From SAR86 cluster bacterium (GTDB lineage: Bacteria > Pseudomonadota > Gammaproteobacteria > Magnimaribacterales > D2472), in assembly GCA_023703615.1 (NCBI GenBank), contig CP097971.1:1134224-1198223 (forward strand): a stretch of 64,000 nucleotides of DNA, read 5' to 3'. Numbering within the stretch: position 1 is the stretch's first letter; each line of letters begins with the position of its first letter. A program made the translations under genes and the position numbers. Shown here piece by piece: positions 29,066-38,590 of the stretch. The notes beneath the pieces were generated by a model. The model saw only the letters and a program-made list of their open reading frames with translations, was not told the DNA's origin and did no database searches.

Positions 29066-29296
29066 ATGAAAGATTTTGCAAACAGAAAGACATATAAAAA
29101 ATCAAATACTTTAAGCAATACTAGAGCCAGCTTTAAGTCAAAAAAAAATACTGCTCAAATAAGCTTTTCAGTAATTGGAAGTCTTTTATTATGTTCTTTT
29201 TTTTTAATATTTTTTTCAAACTTTTACTTTGATACTGATATTAAATTAATTGAACCAAGAGAAGAAACAAATTCTGTTAGAGTAATATGCAAGTAA
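29066..29296 (+). CDS. Short bitopic membrane protein, FtsN-like N-terminus without SPOR domain
   Basis: MKDFANRK basic tail, single TM, about 25-aa periplasmic stub; directly after argS, where the FtsN/SPOR gene usually sits. Confidence 0.5.
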   Translation: MKDFANRKTYKKSNTLSNTRASFKSKKNTAQISFSVIGSLLLCSFFLIFFSNFYFDTDIKLIEPREETNSVRVICK

Positions 29297-29961
29297 ATAT
29301 AAAATCAAATATAGATTCCTTATATCTTAAAGTTACAAAAAATTCTAGTATTGATGAAACCTTAATCGTTGCCGTATCAAAAAAGAAACCAATTGAAGAT
29401 ATTCTTAAAGCTAATGAATTTGGCATTACCAACTTTGGTGAAAATTATGCTCAAGAATTACAATTAAAGGCAGAACAACTTGATAAAAATATTATTAAAT
29501 GGCATTTTATTGGCCCTATTCAGTCAAACAAAGCAAAATTGGTAGCTACGCATGCCAATTGGATTCACTCGCTTTGTAGAGAAAAAGTAATAAAAAAAAT
29601 CAATAATGAGTGTATTAAAATTGGAAAACAGATTAATGGTTTAATTCAAATAAACATTTCAAATGAAGAATCAAAGGATGGAATAGATCCGAAAGAATTA
29701 ATGGATTACGCAAATTTGATTAATTCACTGGAAAAAATCAATTTAAAAGGGATAATGGTGCTCCCAAAAATTATGGAAGACGAAGCTGAGACAAATAAAA
29801 TAATGAATGAATGTAAGCAAATACATAACAAGTTATTGAGCAAATATCCTAAAGCAACTTTTCTATCTATGGGAACAACGTCAGATTTTGAGATAGCATT
29901 AAAGAATGGATCAAATTTGATAAGAATTGGAGAACTTATTTTTGGTAAGAGAGTCAAATGA
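29287..29961 (+). CDS. yggS: PLP homeostasis protein YggS
   Basis: IVAVSKKKP, FGENYAQE, WHFIGPIQSNK, LSMGTTSDF..A...GS..IRIG..IFG. Confidence 0.95.
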   Translation: MQVNIKSNIDSLYLKVTKNSSIDETLIVAVSKKKPIEDILKANEFGITNFGENYAQELQLKAEQLDKNIIKWHFIGPIQSNKAKLVATHANWIHSLCREKVIKKINNECIKIGKQINGLIQINISNEESKDGIDPKELMDYANLINSLEKINLKGIMVLPKIMEDEAETNKIMNECKQIHNKLLSKYPKATFLSMGTTSDFEIALKNGSNLIRIGELIFGKRVK

Positions 29962-30749
29962 AAAAAATACTATTTTTCGGATGTGGAAATATTTCACAAT
30001 CACTAATAAAAGGTTTATTAAATAATGGATTTAATAATGAAGATATTTTTTTTAAAGATAGAAGTATTCGAAATCACAAGATACCTAACAAGATGGGTAT
30101 TTCAAAATTTAGGGAATCTCAAAAGAAAGATGTTGGAATTATATTTTTGGCTGTTAAGCCCAAAGATGCCTTAAATGCATTCAAAGAAATTACTACTGAA
30201 TTTAAAAATCCTAAAATTGTTTCATTAGTGGCGGGAATCAAGTCGAAATCTTATATGACTATCTCAAATAAAAATGAGTTAATTAGAGCAATGCCCAATA
30301 CATCATCTGCCTCAAATAATGGAATAACAGGAATTTTTAATTATAGTTCAAAAAATACGACACTTTCTCGAGTAAAAACAATTTTCAAAAAAGTTGGGTC
30401 GGTTATAGTTTTTGAAAAAGAAAATGAGATGCATGAATTTACAGGATTGATTGGAAGTGGTCCTGCTTATTTTTATTATTTGTTAAAAGTTTATGAAAAA
30501 AGGATACTTAAGATTTGCAAAGGCGACAAAAAGATGGCTGAAAAAATTTTAAAAACCTTCATTAATGGAGTTAGTATGTCTGTTAGCAATCATGCAAATA
30601 TGGATGATTTAATAAATAAAGTTGCATCAAAAAAAGGCACTACGGAAGCTGGTATAAAATCATTAATAAATGATAAAGCTCTTTCAATTTTTAATGATGC
30701 AATAAATGCTGCTTCAAAAAGATCTAAAGAGATAAGTGATGAATTCTAG
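29958..30749 (+). CDS. proC: Pyrroline-5-carboxylate reductase
   Basis: FFGCGNI, LAVKP, IRAMPNT, GSGPAY, V.SK.GTTEAG. Confidence 0.93.
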   Translation: MKKILFFGCGNISQSLIKGLLNNGFNNEDIFFKDRSIRNHKIPNKMGISKFRESQKKDVGIIFLAVKPKDALNAFKEITTEFKNPKIVSLVAGIKSKSYMTISNKNELIRAMPNTSSASNNGITGIFNYSSKNTTLSRVKTIFKKVGSVIVFEKENEMHEFTGLIGSGPAYFYYLLKVYEKRILKICKGDKKMAEKILKTFINGVSMSVSNHANMDDLINKVASKKGTTEAGIKSLINDKALSIFNDAINAASKRSKEISDEF

Positions 30750-31251
30750 TATTGTTTTAATTTTTGATCTGCTAAGTTATTTCTTTGTAATACTTTTTGT
30801 ATTCAATCTATTTAAAGTCAATTACTTTAACCCTATAGTGAAAATTTTTGTAAACATTTATAAACCAATTGCTAAAATTAATATTTTTCCAAGTCAGCTA
30901 ATTACAATTTTTTTAATTGCCCTTCTAATTAAATTTACTGGTTTTTATTTAAGCTATAGTTCTTCATATGATGAAATGACCCTTGCGCTTGTTTCATTGA
31001 TAAAAACTATATCAATAATTTTTAGGGTCATGTTTTTTGCTATTATTGGGTCGGTTATTTTAAGTTGGGTGGCACCGAATAATAATCATCCTCTTTTAGC
31101 ATTAATAAATGAAATATCCTCAGGAGTCCTTGATCCAGTTAGAAAATATATTCCTGCATTTGGCGGTCTTGATTTTTCTCCCTTATTTGCATTGATTTTA
31201 TTCAATCAACTTGAAATTCTCTTAAACAGTATCCTTAGGTCAATAATATGA
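30736..31251 (+). CDS. yggT: YggT family membrane protein
   Basis: NYFNPI, ILSWV, P.RK.IP.FGGLDFSP; conserved yggS-proC-yggT order. Confidence 0.9.
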   Translation: MMNSSIVLIFDLLSYFFVILFVFNLFKVNYFNPIVKIFVNIYKPIAKINIFPSQLITIFLIALLIKFTGFYLSYSSSYDEMTLALVSLIKTISIIFRVMFFAIIGSVILSWVAPNNNHPLLALINEISSGVLDPVRKYIPAFGGLDFSPLFALILFNQLEILLNSILRSII

Positions 31252-32339
31252 AAGTGGCCACTAATTTAATTAAATTTAATAAGGGAATTACATTGGAGTC
31301 TGGGGATGAGCTTCAAACATTTGAACTAATAATTGAAACTTATGGTGAACTTAACAAAGATAAGTCTAATGCAATACTTGTCTGTCATGCTTTTTCGGGA
31401 AATCATCATGCTGCTGGGATTAATGATGCTGAAGTTGAGGGGTGGTGGACTCAAATTATTGGTCCAGATAAGGCCATAGATACTAACAATTATTATGTGG
31501 TTTGCTGCAATAATCTTGGTGGGTGTTCTGGATCATCAGGGCCAACAAGTATCAATCCAGACACAAGTGAGGTTTTCGGAAAAGATTTTCCACAGGTATC
31601 TGTAAAAGATTGGGTGAAATCTCAAAAAATGCTTTCTGATCACCTAGGTATAGATAAATGGGAATTAGTTTTAGGTGGAAGTTTAGGTGGTATGCAAGCT
31701 CTCCAATGGGCAATTTCGTATCCTCAATCCCTAAAAAAAGCAGGTATATTTGCTGCTGCGGCAAAATCAAGCACACAAAACATAGCTATGAATGAAGTAG
31801 CTCGGGAATCAATTAGAAAAGATCAAGATTTTCATAATGGTGACTATATCAAGCACAATACAAAGCCAAAAAATGGATTAAAAGCTGCAAGAATGCTCGG
31901 GCATATCACATATTTATCTGAAGAACATATGAATATTAGGTTTGGAAGAAAATTTCAAGATGTTAATTCAAGAGTAGCTGGAGAAGTCGATTACGAAGTT
32001 GAAAATTATTTACAATACAAAGGAGAAAAATTTTCTGATATTTTTGATGCAAATTCTTATATATTAATGACAAAGGCAATGGATGATTACGATGCATCAT
32101 CTGATGCAGATGGTAAATTAGAAAAAGCATTAGCAGCAATTGAAGCAAAATTATTAATTATTGGCTTTGACTCAGACTGGCTTTATCCTCCTTCGCGAGG
32201 AAAAGAAATTCAAATGGCTGCAATGAAAAATAACATTGCTTCATCTTATATTTGTTTAGATGGTGCTCAAGGTCACGATAGTTTTCTATTTGCCACAGAA
32301 AAATACACAAAAATTATTAAAACATTCCTGGAATCATAA
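31248..32339 (+). CDS. metX: Homoserine O-acyltransferase MetX
   Basis: ETYG.LN..KSNAILVCHA.SG, GGSLGGMQAL, ARMLGHITY, FDANSY, DSDWLYP, GHDSFL. Confidence 0.95.
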   Translation: MKVATNLIKFNKGITLESGDELQTFELIIETYGELNKDKSNAILVCHAFSGNHHAAGINDAEVEGWWTQIIGPDKAIDTNNYYVVCCNNLGGCSGSSGPTSINPDTSEVFGKDFPQVSVKDWVKSQKMLSDHLGIDKWELVLGGSLGGMQALQWAISYPQSLKKAGIFAAAAKSSTQNIAMNEVARESIRKDQDFHNGDYIKHNTKPKNGLKAARMLGHITYLSEEHMNIRFGRKFQDVNSRVAGEVDYEVENYLQYKGEKFSDIFDANSYILMTKAMDDYDASSDADGKLEKALAAIEAKLLIIGFDSDWLYPPSRGKEIQMAAMKNNIASSYICLDGAQGHDSFLFATEKYTKIIKTFLES

Positions 32340-32932
32340 TGGCAAACTTGATAAATAAATTTATAAAAGATTGGATACCTAAAGATTCCAAAGTTATAGA
32401 TTTTGGTTGTGGGGATGGATCATTGTTAAAAGATTTAGTTGATACAAAAAATATTTCTGGATACGGTGTTGAAATAGATCATAAAAAAATAGAAGAATGT
32501 ATTTCGAAAGGCTTATCTGTTATAGAACAAGATATAGACAGCGGTATTCAAGACTATGAAATATTAGATTTTGACATTGCTATCATGGCAAGTTCGATTC
32601 AATGTCTTATAAATCCTCACATTGCTTTGAGAAAAATCCTTAATCTATCAAGTAAATGTGTTGTCACACTTCCAAACTTAGGATACTGGAGATGCAGACT
32701 GAATCTAGCATCTGGAAAGATGCCAGTAACTCCTAATTTGCCTTCAAGTTGGTATGAAACTGAGAATCTGCACTTATGTACTATTAAAGATTTTGAGAAA
32801 CTTTGTTTGGATGAAGGATTTATAATTGAAAAAAGTATTTTTTTAAATTCACAACAAAAAAAAGGCTATCTGGCATCTTTGTTACCAAATTTTTATGCCT
32901 CAGAGGGGGTATATTTACTTGCAAGAAAATAA
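32339..32932 (+). CDS. metW: Methionine biosynthesis protein MetW
   Basis: VIDFGCGDGSLL, PN.GYW..R, G.MP....LP..WYET.N.HLCTIKDFE; follows metX. Confidence 0.92.
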   Translation: MANLINKFIKDWIPKDSKVIDFGCGDGSLLKDLVDTKNISGYGVEIDHKKIEECISKGLSVIEQDIDSGIQDYEILDFDIAIMASSIQCLINPHIALRKILNLSSKCVVTLPNLGYWRCRLNLASGKMPVTPNLPSSWYETENLHLCTIKDFEKLCLDEGFIIEKSIFLNSQQKKGYLASLLPNFYASEGVYLLARK

Positions 32933-33521
32933 ACAAATAGTTATTGCTTCGTCCAATAAAGGCAAATTAAAAGAATTTAAAAAAATATTTGATGGCTTTG
33001 AAATAATTTCTCAATCTGAGTTGGGCATCAAGGATGCCATAGAGGATGGTAAAACGTTTTTTGAAAATGCTCTAATAAAAGCAAGGAATGCCTCATATCA
33101 CTCTGGTATATTTTCTATTGCAGATGATTCAGGGTTGGTCGTACCTGAATTAAATTTTGAACCAGGAATTTATTCTGCAAGATACTCTGGTCAAAATGCG
33201 TCTGATGGATCTAATAGAAAAAAAATTATTGATGAGTTGAAGAAATTAAATAAGGAAGAGGCTGAAGCATTTTATATATGTGCTCTTGTTGGTATAAGAA
33301 ATTTTAAAGATCCAATTCCATATTTTTCAACTGGAAAAATATATGGAAAAGTCAAAATTACAGAAAGTGGTGAAGGTGGTTTTGGATACGACAAAATCTT
33401 TTATCCAAATGATATAGATGGATCTATGGCATCACTTAATAGTGAAATTAAAAACAAAATAAGTCATAGAGCTATTGCTACAAAATCTTTTATGGAGCAA
33501 CTTAATTTACATAAGATTTAA
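32919..33521 (+). CDS. rdgB: dITP/XTP pyrophosphatase RdgB
   Basis: ASSNKGKLKE, EDG.TF.ENA..KA, ADDSGL, PGIYSARY, GFGYD.IF, KN.ISHRA. Start uncertain (TTG 32919 versus ATG 32895). Confidence 0.93.
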   Translation: MQENKQIVIASSNKGKLKEFKKIFDGFEIISQSELGIKDAIEDGKTFFENALIKARNASYHSGIFSIADDSGLVVPELNFEPGIYSARYSGQNASDGSNRKKIIDELKKLNKEEAEAFYICALVGIRNFKDPIPYFSTGKIYGKVKITESGEGGFGYDKIFYPNDIDGSMASLNSEIKNKISHRAIATKSFMEQLNLHKI

Positions 33522-33530
33522 GATTTTTGG

Positions 33531-33980
33531 CTAGTTACTTCTTCTGAAAACCCAGGGTGGTGTAGGACTAGCTTCTGACCAAATATTAAAAGAATTTTTT
33601 TTTGCTAGATTTTGATCATTATATAAAGATTGGTCTTCAACATAATAATCATATACCCAAGCAAGTCCACTTCTTACCATTGATCTATTTATATCTTTGT
33701 TATCTTTATAAATTTTAGCAACAATTCTGCCATACCTATCTTCTGTAATATAAATCAATTCTATTTCTTTATTTAAAATAAGAGAGGCTAGAAAATTCTT
33801 TGATTCAGTTCCAAATCTTTGATTTATCTCAGGCGCGTCAATTTCTGACAGTCTAACTTTATAGTTTCTTTTTTCTTGCCTTACTTCGATAGTGTCTCCA
33901 TCGATTACTTTCGTCACGAAATATGAATCAGCATGAAGATTAAGAAGAAAAAAAACCAAAAAAATTATAAGCTTATTCAT
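33531..33980 (-). CDS. Secreted thermonuclease (SNase/TNase-like)
   Basis: Signal peptide, VIDGDT, VRLSEIDAPE, DRYGR, N..MVRSGLAWVY, PPW.FRR. Confidence 0.92.
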   Translation of the reverse strand: MNKLIIFLVFFLLNLHADSYFVTKVIDGDTIEVRQEKRNYKVRLSEIDAPEINQRFGTESKNFLASLILNKEIELIYITEDRYGRIVAKIYKDNKDINRSMVRSGLAWVYDYYVEDQSLYNDQNLAKKNSFNIWSEASPTPPWVFRRSN

Positions 33981-34621
33981 TTCTTTTTAACTTTAAATGA
34001 AAATATTTTTCTACCTTCGGTGATCGCTTTTTTTTGAAATTTAGTAGGCATAGATACAGTATTTGAAACCAAATTTTTATTTACAAAAATTTTCGATTTT
34101 TTTAAAACTTCATTAATACTTTCAGCATAATTTTCCCAATCCGTTGAAATATATAAATTTCCATTAGCCTTAATTGTTGGATATATTAATTTTAAAAATT
34201 CATCATTAATCATTCTTCTTTTATGATGTTTAAGTTTTGGCCATGGATCAGGACATATTATTACTATTTCATCAAAAAGAGGTTGCTTAACTTCCTCTAA
34301 AAAACATCTTACATCACCATTTATAATTTTTATATTTGATAAATTGTCTTTTTTTATATTTCCGATTAAGTGCCCTATTCCAGCCAGATAAACTTCAGAA
34401 CCTATATAAAGATTGCTTAGGTTTTCTTTTGCTAATTTAATTATATTTTCTCCATTTCCAAATCCTATTTCTAGTATAGTCTTTGAATATAAAAGCAAAT
34501 GAGCATCTATATCAAAAGGTTTTTTTATCTCATAATTTGATATTGAATTTAAATTTTCTATTTGTCCCGTGGTAATTTTGCCTCTTCTTTTTACAAAAGA
34601 TGGTAAATATTTGTTTCGCAT
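33977..34621 (-). CDS. trmB: tRNA (guanine-N7)-methyltransferase TrmB
   Basis: SFVKRRG, LEIGFGNGE, PDPWPK.KHHKRR, STDWENYA, TKFQ. Confidence 0.94.
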   Translation of the reverse strand: MRNKYLPSFVKRRGKITTGQIENLNSISNYEIKKPFDIDAHLLLYSKTILEIGFGNGENIIKLAKENLSNLYIGSEVYLAGIGHLIGNIKKDNLSNIKIINGDVRCFLEEVKQPLFDEIVIICPDPWPKLKHHKRRMINDEFLKLIYPTIKANGNLYISTDWENYAESINEVLKKSKIFVNKNLVSNTVSMPTKFQKKAITEGRKIFSFKVKKK

Positions 34622-34663
34622 GAAACTTAAATGGTATTTCTATTATTTGGTTTGTTGCAAGTC

Positions 34664-35521
34664 TTATGCAACTTCGACCATAAAAGATTTGAGTTTTTTT
34701 AGGGCGCCGCTTTCTATTTGTCTAACTCTTTCAGCAGATACCTTATATTCATCAGCAAGATCATGGAGTGTTGCTTTTTCATCAGATAAATATCGTCTTT
34801 GAAGAATATCCCTACTTCTGTCATCGAGTTGTTTTAAAGCAGCGCTGAGATCCGAGCTATTTAAATCAGCTGCTTCATTCTGTGCAACTATTGTCTCTGG
34901 ATTATATCTTTTATCTTCAAGGTACTGTGATGGATACATTGCTTCATCATCATCAGTGCCTGAGGGAGCATCAAAAGAGGCATCATTAGATGAAAGTCTA
35001 TTCTCCATATGAATTACATCTTTCACCTCAACATTTAAATCTTTTGCAATATTTTCTGCTTCTTCTTTTGTAAGCCATTCTAAATTTTTCTTTTTACTTC
35101 TTAAATTGAAGAAAAGTTTTCTTTGAGCTTTTGTGGTAGCAATTTTTACAAGTCTCCAATTTCTTAGGATGTATTCGTGTATTTCAGCTTTAATCCAGTG
35201 CACTGCAAATGAAACAACCTTAACACCCTTATGAGGATCAAATTTGTCAACGGCTTTCATGAGCCCGACATTTCCTTCTTGAATAATATCTGCTAATGGA
35301 AGACCGTAGCCTTGATAAGATCTTGCAATGTGGACTACAAAACGTAAATGATGGATAACTAACTGTCTTGCGGCATCTAAATCATCTTCCTCGAAAAGTT
35401 TTAATGCTAATTCTTTTTCCTGTTCTTTATTGAGTATTGGAATAGAATGCACAGAAGCTAAGTAAGACTCAATGTCTTTACCTGGACTTCCTAAGTGAAT
35501 TGGTTGTAAATCAGTACCCAT
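34664..35521 (-). CDS. rpoH: RNA polymerase sigma-32 factor
   Basis: HLRFVVHIAR.Y.GYGLP.ADIIQEGNVGLMKAV, RpoH box KIATTKAQRKLFFNLRS, VSAERVRQIE. Confidence 0.96.
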   Translation of the reverse strand: MGTDLQPIHLGSPGKDIESYLASVHSIPILNKEQEKELALKLFEEDDLDAARQLVIHHLRFVVHIARSYQGYGLPLADIIQEGNVGLMKAVDKFDPHKGVKVVSFAVHWIKAEIHEYILRNWRLVKIATTKAQRKLFFNLRSKKKNLEWLTKEEAENIAKDLNVEVKDVIHMENRLSSNDASFDAPSGTDDDEAMYPSQYLEDKRYNPETIVAQNEAADLNSSDLSAALKQLDDRSRDILQRRYLSDEKATLHDLADEYKVSAERVRQIESGALKKLKSFMVEVA

Positions 35522-35574
35522 ATTATATAAAAAATTTATAAGTAATTATAATCATAACTAATATATCTGTAAAA

Positions 35575-36393
35575 TTATACCAATTTTTTATTAAAATCGC
35601 CTAATAATTTGAAATATTTTTCTCTTATAATAGCATTTCTAATGCCAATAAAAGGAGGATTTAAAATAGAATCTCTCTTTGAATAACTCAACTCACTTAA
35701 ATCGCTAAATCTCAAAACTTCTCCGCCACAAGCATTCAGTACAGCATGCGCGGCTGCAATATCCCACTCAGATGTTGGACCAAATCTGGGATAAATATCA
35801 GCATCATTATCTGATAAAGCACACAATTTTAACGAACTACCCTTTTCAACAATTGAAAAATTGACATCATTTTCATTTAAATATTCAAGAAATCTAATAT
35901 CTGTAGGATTTTTATGAGATTTGCTCATAACTATTCTTAACTTACTACCCATATTTTCATCAGTATTTTGATTTTTCTTTAAAATTGAGCCATTCCAGAT
36001 TCTTCCGGATACCGGAGCTCCTACAGCACCAAAGACTGTTTTTTTATTATGAATTAATGCTATATTTACGGTAAAGTCATCTGATTTATTAATAAATTCT
36101 TTTGTTCCATCAAGTGGATCAATTAACCAATATGTAATTGGTAGTTTATCTAAAATTTTATTATCAAAAGTTTCTTCAGAGATAATTCCTATTTCAGGTG
36201 AAATTTTTTGCAAGTTATCAAAAATTATAGAATTAGATAATTTATCTGCTTTGGTTACTGGTGAACCATCTTCTTTATTAATCTTTTCAAATTTACCACT
36301 CTTGTAAATTTTCATTATTGGATTGAATGTTTCTATTATTGTTTTTTCAACTGGAAAAATAAGTTTTTTTATTAAATCTTTTGAGATATCCAT
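35575..36393 (-). CDS. cysQ: 3'(2'),5'-bisphosphate nucleotidase CysQ
   Basis: SPVT.AD, ISEE, WLIDPLDGTKEF, GSSLKLC, GPTSEWDIAAAHA. Confidence 0.92.
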   Translation of the reverse strand: MDISKDLIKKLIFPVEKTIIETFNPIMKIYKSGKFEKINKEDGSPVTKADKLSNSIIFDNLQKISPEIGIISEETFDNKILDKLPITYWLIDPLDGTKEFINKSDDFTVNIALIHNKKTVFGAVGAPVSGRIWNGSILKKNQNTDENMGSKLRIVMSKSHKNPTDIRFLEYLNENDVNFSIVEKGSSLKLCALSDNDADIYPRFGPTSEWDIAAAHAVLNACGGEVLRFSDLSELSYSKRDSILNPPFIGIRNAIIREKYFKLLGDFNKKLV

Positions 36394-36401
36394 CTATGCT
36401 T

Positions 36402-37532
36402 TTATTTGTTTAGTGCTTCAAGCATTTTTTTATATATATCTGTATTATCCATTGTTCCAGAAAAAAGATGTGCTCCAGGACCGTATGCATAAACACCTAC
36501 GTTTGTAATGTTATGTTTTTTTGTTGCCCAGCTGTATAAAATTTTTTTCTCTTCGTTTTTATCATCCTGTGAATGAATAACTAATCCTCCTGTAGCATGA
36601 TCAGTTGTTATAACAAGAAGTGTATCTTTATTTTTATTTACATAATCTATTGCATAACCTATGGTTTGATCAAAATCATAAAATTCTCTCAACATATAAT
36701 CCGCATCGTTTGCATGTCCTCCCCAGTCTATTTGACTTCCTTCAGACATTAAAAAAAACCCATTCTTTGATTTTAATGACAAAAAATTAACAGCAAATTT
36801 TGTCATTTCTAATTGAGTTGGTAAGTTGGATGATCTATAAATGGCTCCATTCGAAAAAAGACCTAAAATTCTATCAAATTCTAAACTTTTATCACTTAAT
36901 AAATCTTCTTTATTTTTGATTAAACTAATATTATTGGATAAATTTTTTATTTTAAAATATTTCTCTCCACCACCTAATGCAATTGAAAAATCTGAATTCA
37001 CTAATTGATCTGCAATTATTTTTTCTTTGTAGCGACTATCAACATGTGAATAAAAAGCAGCTGGAGTAGCATGAGTAATACTAGAAGTTGCAACTAAACC
37101 AAATATGTATCCACTTTTTGTTAGGGTTTCAGTTATTGTTTCAAGTTTTCTATTATCTTTTGTTATAGATAACATCTTATTATTTGTTTTGTAGCCTGTT
37201 GCAAATGCTGTGCCGGCAGCTGCAGAATCTGTATAAATATTGTCAACTGAATGATTATTAACAATCCCTACATAGGGCAAATTATCAATATTTAATTTAT
37301 GCGATGGTCCACCTTTGTGCAGCCTTGCTAAATGAATAGCATTAAATCCAGTTCCATCTCCAATTAAAAAAATAATATTTTTAGGTTTGAGATCGAAATC
37401 AAAATCTAAAATTTTCGTTTCTAGACTTTTAGTATTTCCCATGCTTATTTCAAGAATTTCTGTGTCATTTGCGAAAATTTTTAGGCTTAAAAAAATTAAA
37501 GCAAATACTCTAAACTGATAATACTTTTTCAT
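36402..37532 (-). CDS. phoA: Alkaline phosphatase (PhoA family, compact)
   Basis: IIFLIGDG, catalytic TDSAAAGTA.ATG, THATPAAF, EGSQIDW.GH.ND, DH.TGG, V.VYAYGPGA; signal peptide. Confidence 0.88.
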   Translation of the reverse strand: MKKYYQFRVFALIFLSLKIFANDTEILEISMGNTKSLETKILDFDFDLKPKNIIFLIGDGTGFNAIHLARLHKGGPSHKLNIDNLPYVGIVNNHSVDNIYTDSAAAGTAFATGYKTNNKMLSITKDNRKLETITETLTKSGYIFGLVATSSITHATPAAFYSHVDSRYKEKIIADQLVNSDFSIALGGGEKYFKIKNLSNNISLIKNKEDLLSDKSLEFDRILGLFSNGAIYRSSNLPTQLEMTKFAVNFLSLKSKNGFFLMSEGSQIDWGGHANDADYMLREFYDFDQTIGYAIDYVNKNKDTLLVITTDHATGGLVIHSQDDKNEEKKILYSWATKKHNITNVGVYAYGPGAHLFSGTMDNTDIYKKMLEALNK

Positions 37533-38383
37533 TTAGTATTTAGTGACTCTTTTCTTTTTTTAATAAGCTCATTGATGGAATCTGGTCTCTCAAAATCATA
37601 CAAGGAATCCTCCCATCTCCCATACACAGGATTAGTGATAATAAACCATTTTTTACCCCACATATCGTGATACTTTGTAGCAATTTCTTTTCTTTGATTA
37701 AAATCTTTTGTTGATTCTTTTATTGAAATAAAGTCTGTTAGTTGGTCTCCGATGAGTAACAAAATTCTATGTTCTTCTGCTATGGCGATTCTTCTATTAG
37801 TCTTATCTTTATTTATGTCTCTCATAAATAAAACATCGTCTTTTTCATTAAAAGGTATGTTTACTTTTTTAAAGTTATTTATAGTTGCTTCTCTTAATTC
37901 TGGAACTCTGTTCGTTACATAAAAAATCTTTACATCTCTAGACTTAGCATAATCTAAAAACTTTTTTGCTCCTGCAACAGAACTTGCTGATTCTTCTAAT
38001 CCCCACTCAATCCAACCATTTGGGTAACCAAAATTGTCTTTGATTGCTCTTGCTTGATAGGGACTATTATCAAGAACAGTTTCATCTACATCAATAATGA
38101 TAGCTGGTAATTTTTTAGAAAAGTCACCATTTTGCTCTATTGCTGCTGACCAGCTTTTGTCAGACAAAGCTAAATCAATGGCTTTAGCAGCATTTTCATA
38201 AACCTGCAAATTGTTTGCTATAAATTCTGCAGATGTTTGCATGTATAGAACAGACAGCAGAGATTGATCATGAACAGAAAAAACATTTTCTAATTCATCT
38301 TCAGTCTCTATATATGCTGATGAAAATACTAGAACAATTATAAGATTTATTATAAAAAATTTATTTTGATTAGGTGATTTCAT
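37529..38383 (-). CDS. Class C acid phosphatase / 5'-nucleotidase, e(P4) family (HAD)
   Basis: DVDETVLDNSPYQ, FYVTNR, K..RR, GDQLTDF, NP.YG.WE; hydrophobic N-terminus without lipobox Cys. Confidence 0.92.
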   Translation of the reverse strand: MKSPNQNKFFIINLIIVLVFSSAYIETEDELENVFSVHDQSLLSVLYMQTSAEFIANNLQVYENAAKAIDLALSDKSWSAAIEQNGDFSKKLPAIIIDVDETVLDNSPYQARAIKDNFGYPNGWIEWGLEESASSVAGAKKFLDYAKSRDVKIFYVTNRVPELREATINNFKKVNIPFNEKDDVLFMRDINKDKTNRRIAIAEEHRILLLIGDQLTDFISIKESTKDFNQRKEIATKYHDMWGKKWFIITNPVYGRWEDSLYDFERPDSINELIKKRKESLNTK

Positions 38384-38428
38384 ACATTTAGAGCATTATA
38401 ATGCTTATATATTACATAAGTATAAAAA

Positions 38429-38590
38429 ATGAATAGCGAATTGTTAGAAAATCTTCAGAAATTAAAAAAAATGCTGGTTTTGTTAAGTGAAGAGAGAAAA
38501 GTTGTATTATCTCATCATAAAACTTTTGAACACGTTGAAAAGATGAGGAATATTGTTGACGAATCTATTGATATAGCTGATAAATCATGA
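38429..38590 (+). CDS. Small hypothetical protein (53 aa, not in ORF track)
   Basis: MNSELLENLQKLKKMLVLLSEERKVVLSHHKTFEHVEKMRNIVDESIDIADKS; its TGA overlaps the next ATG (ATGA at 38587-38590). Confidence 0.7.
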   Translation: MNSELLENLQKLKKMLVLLSEERKVVLSHHKTFEHVEKMRNIVDESIDIADKS

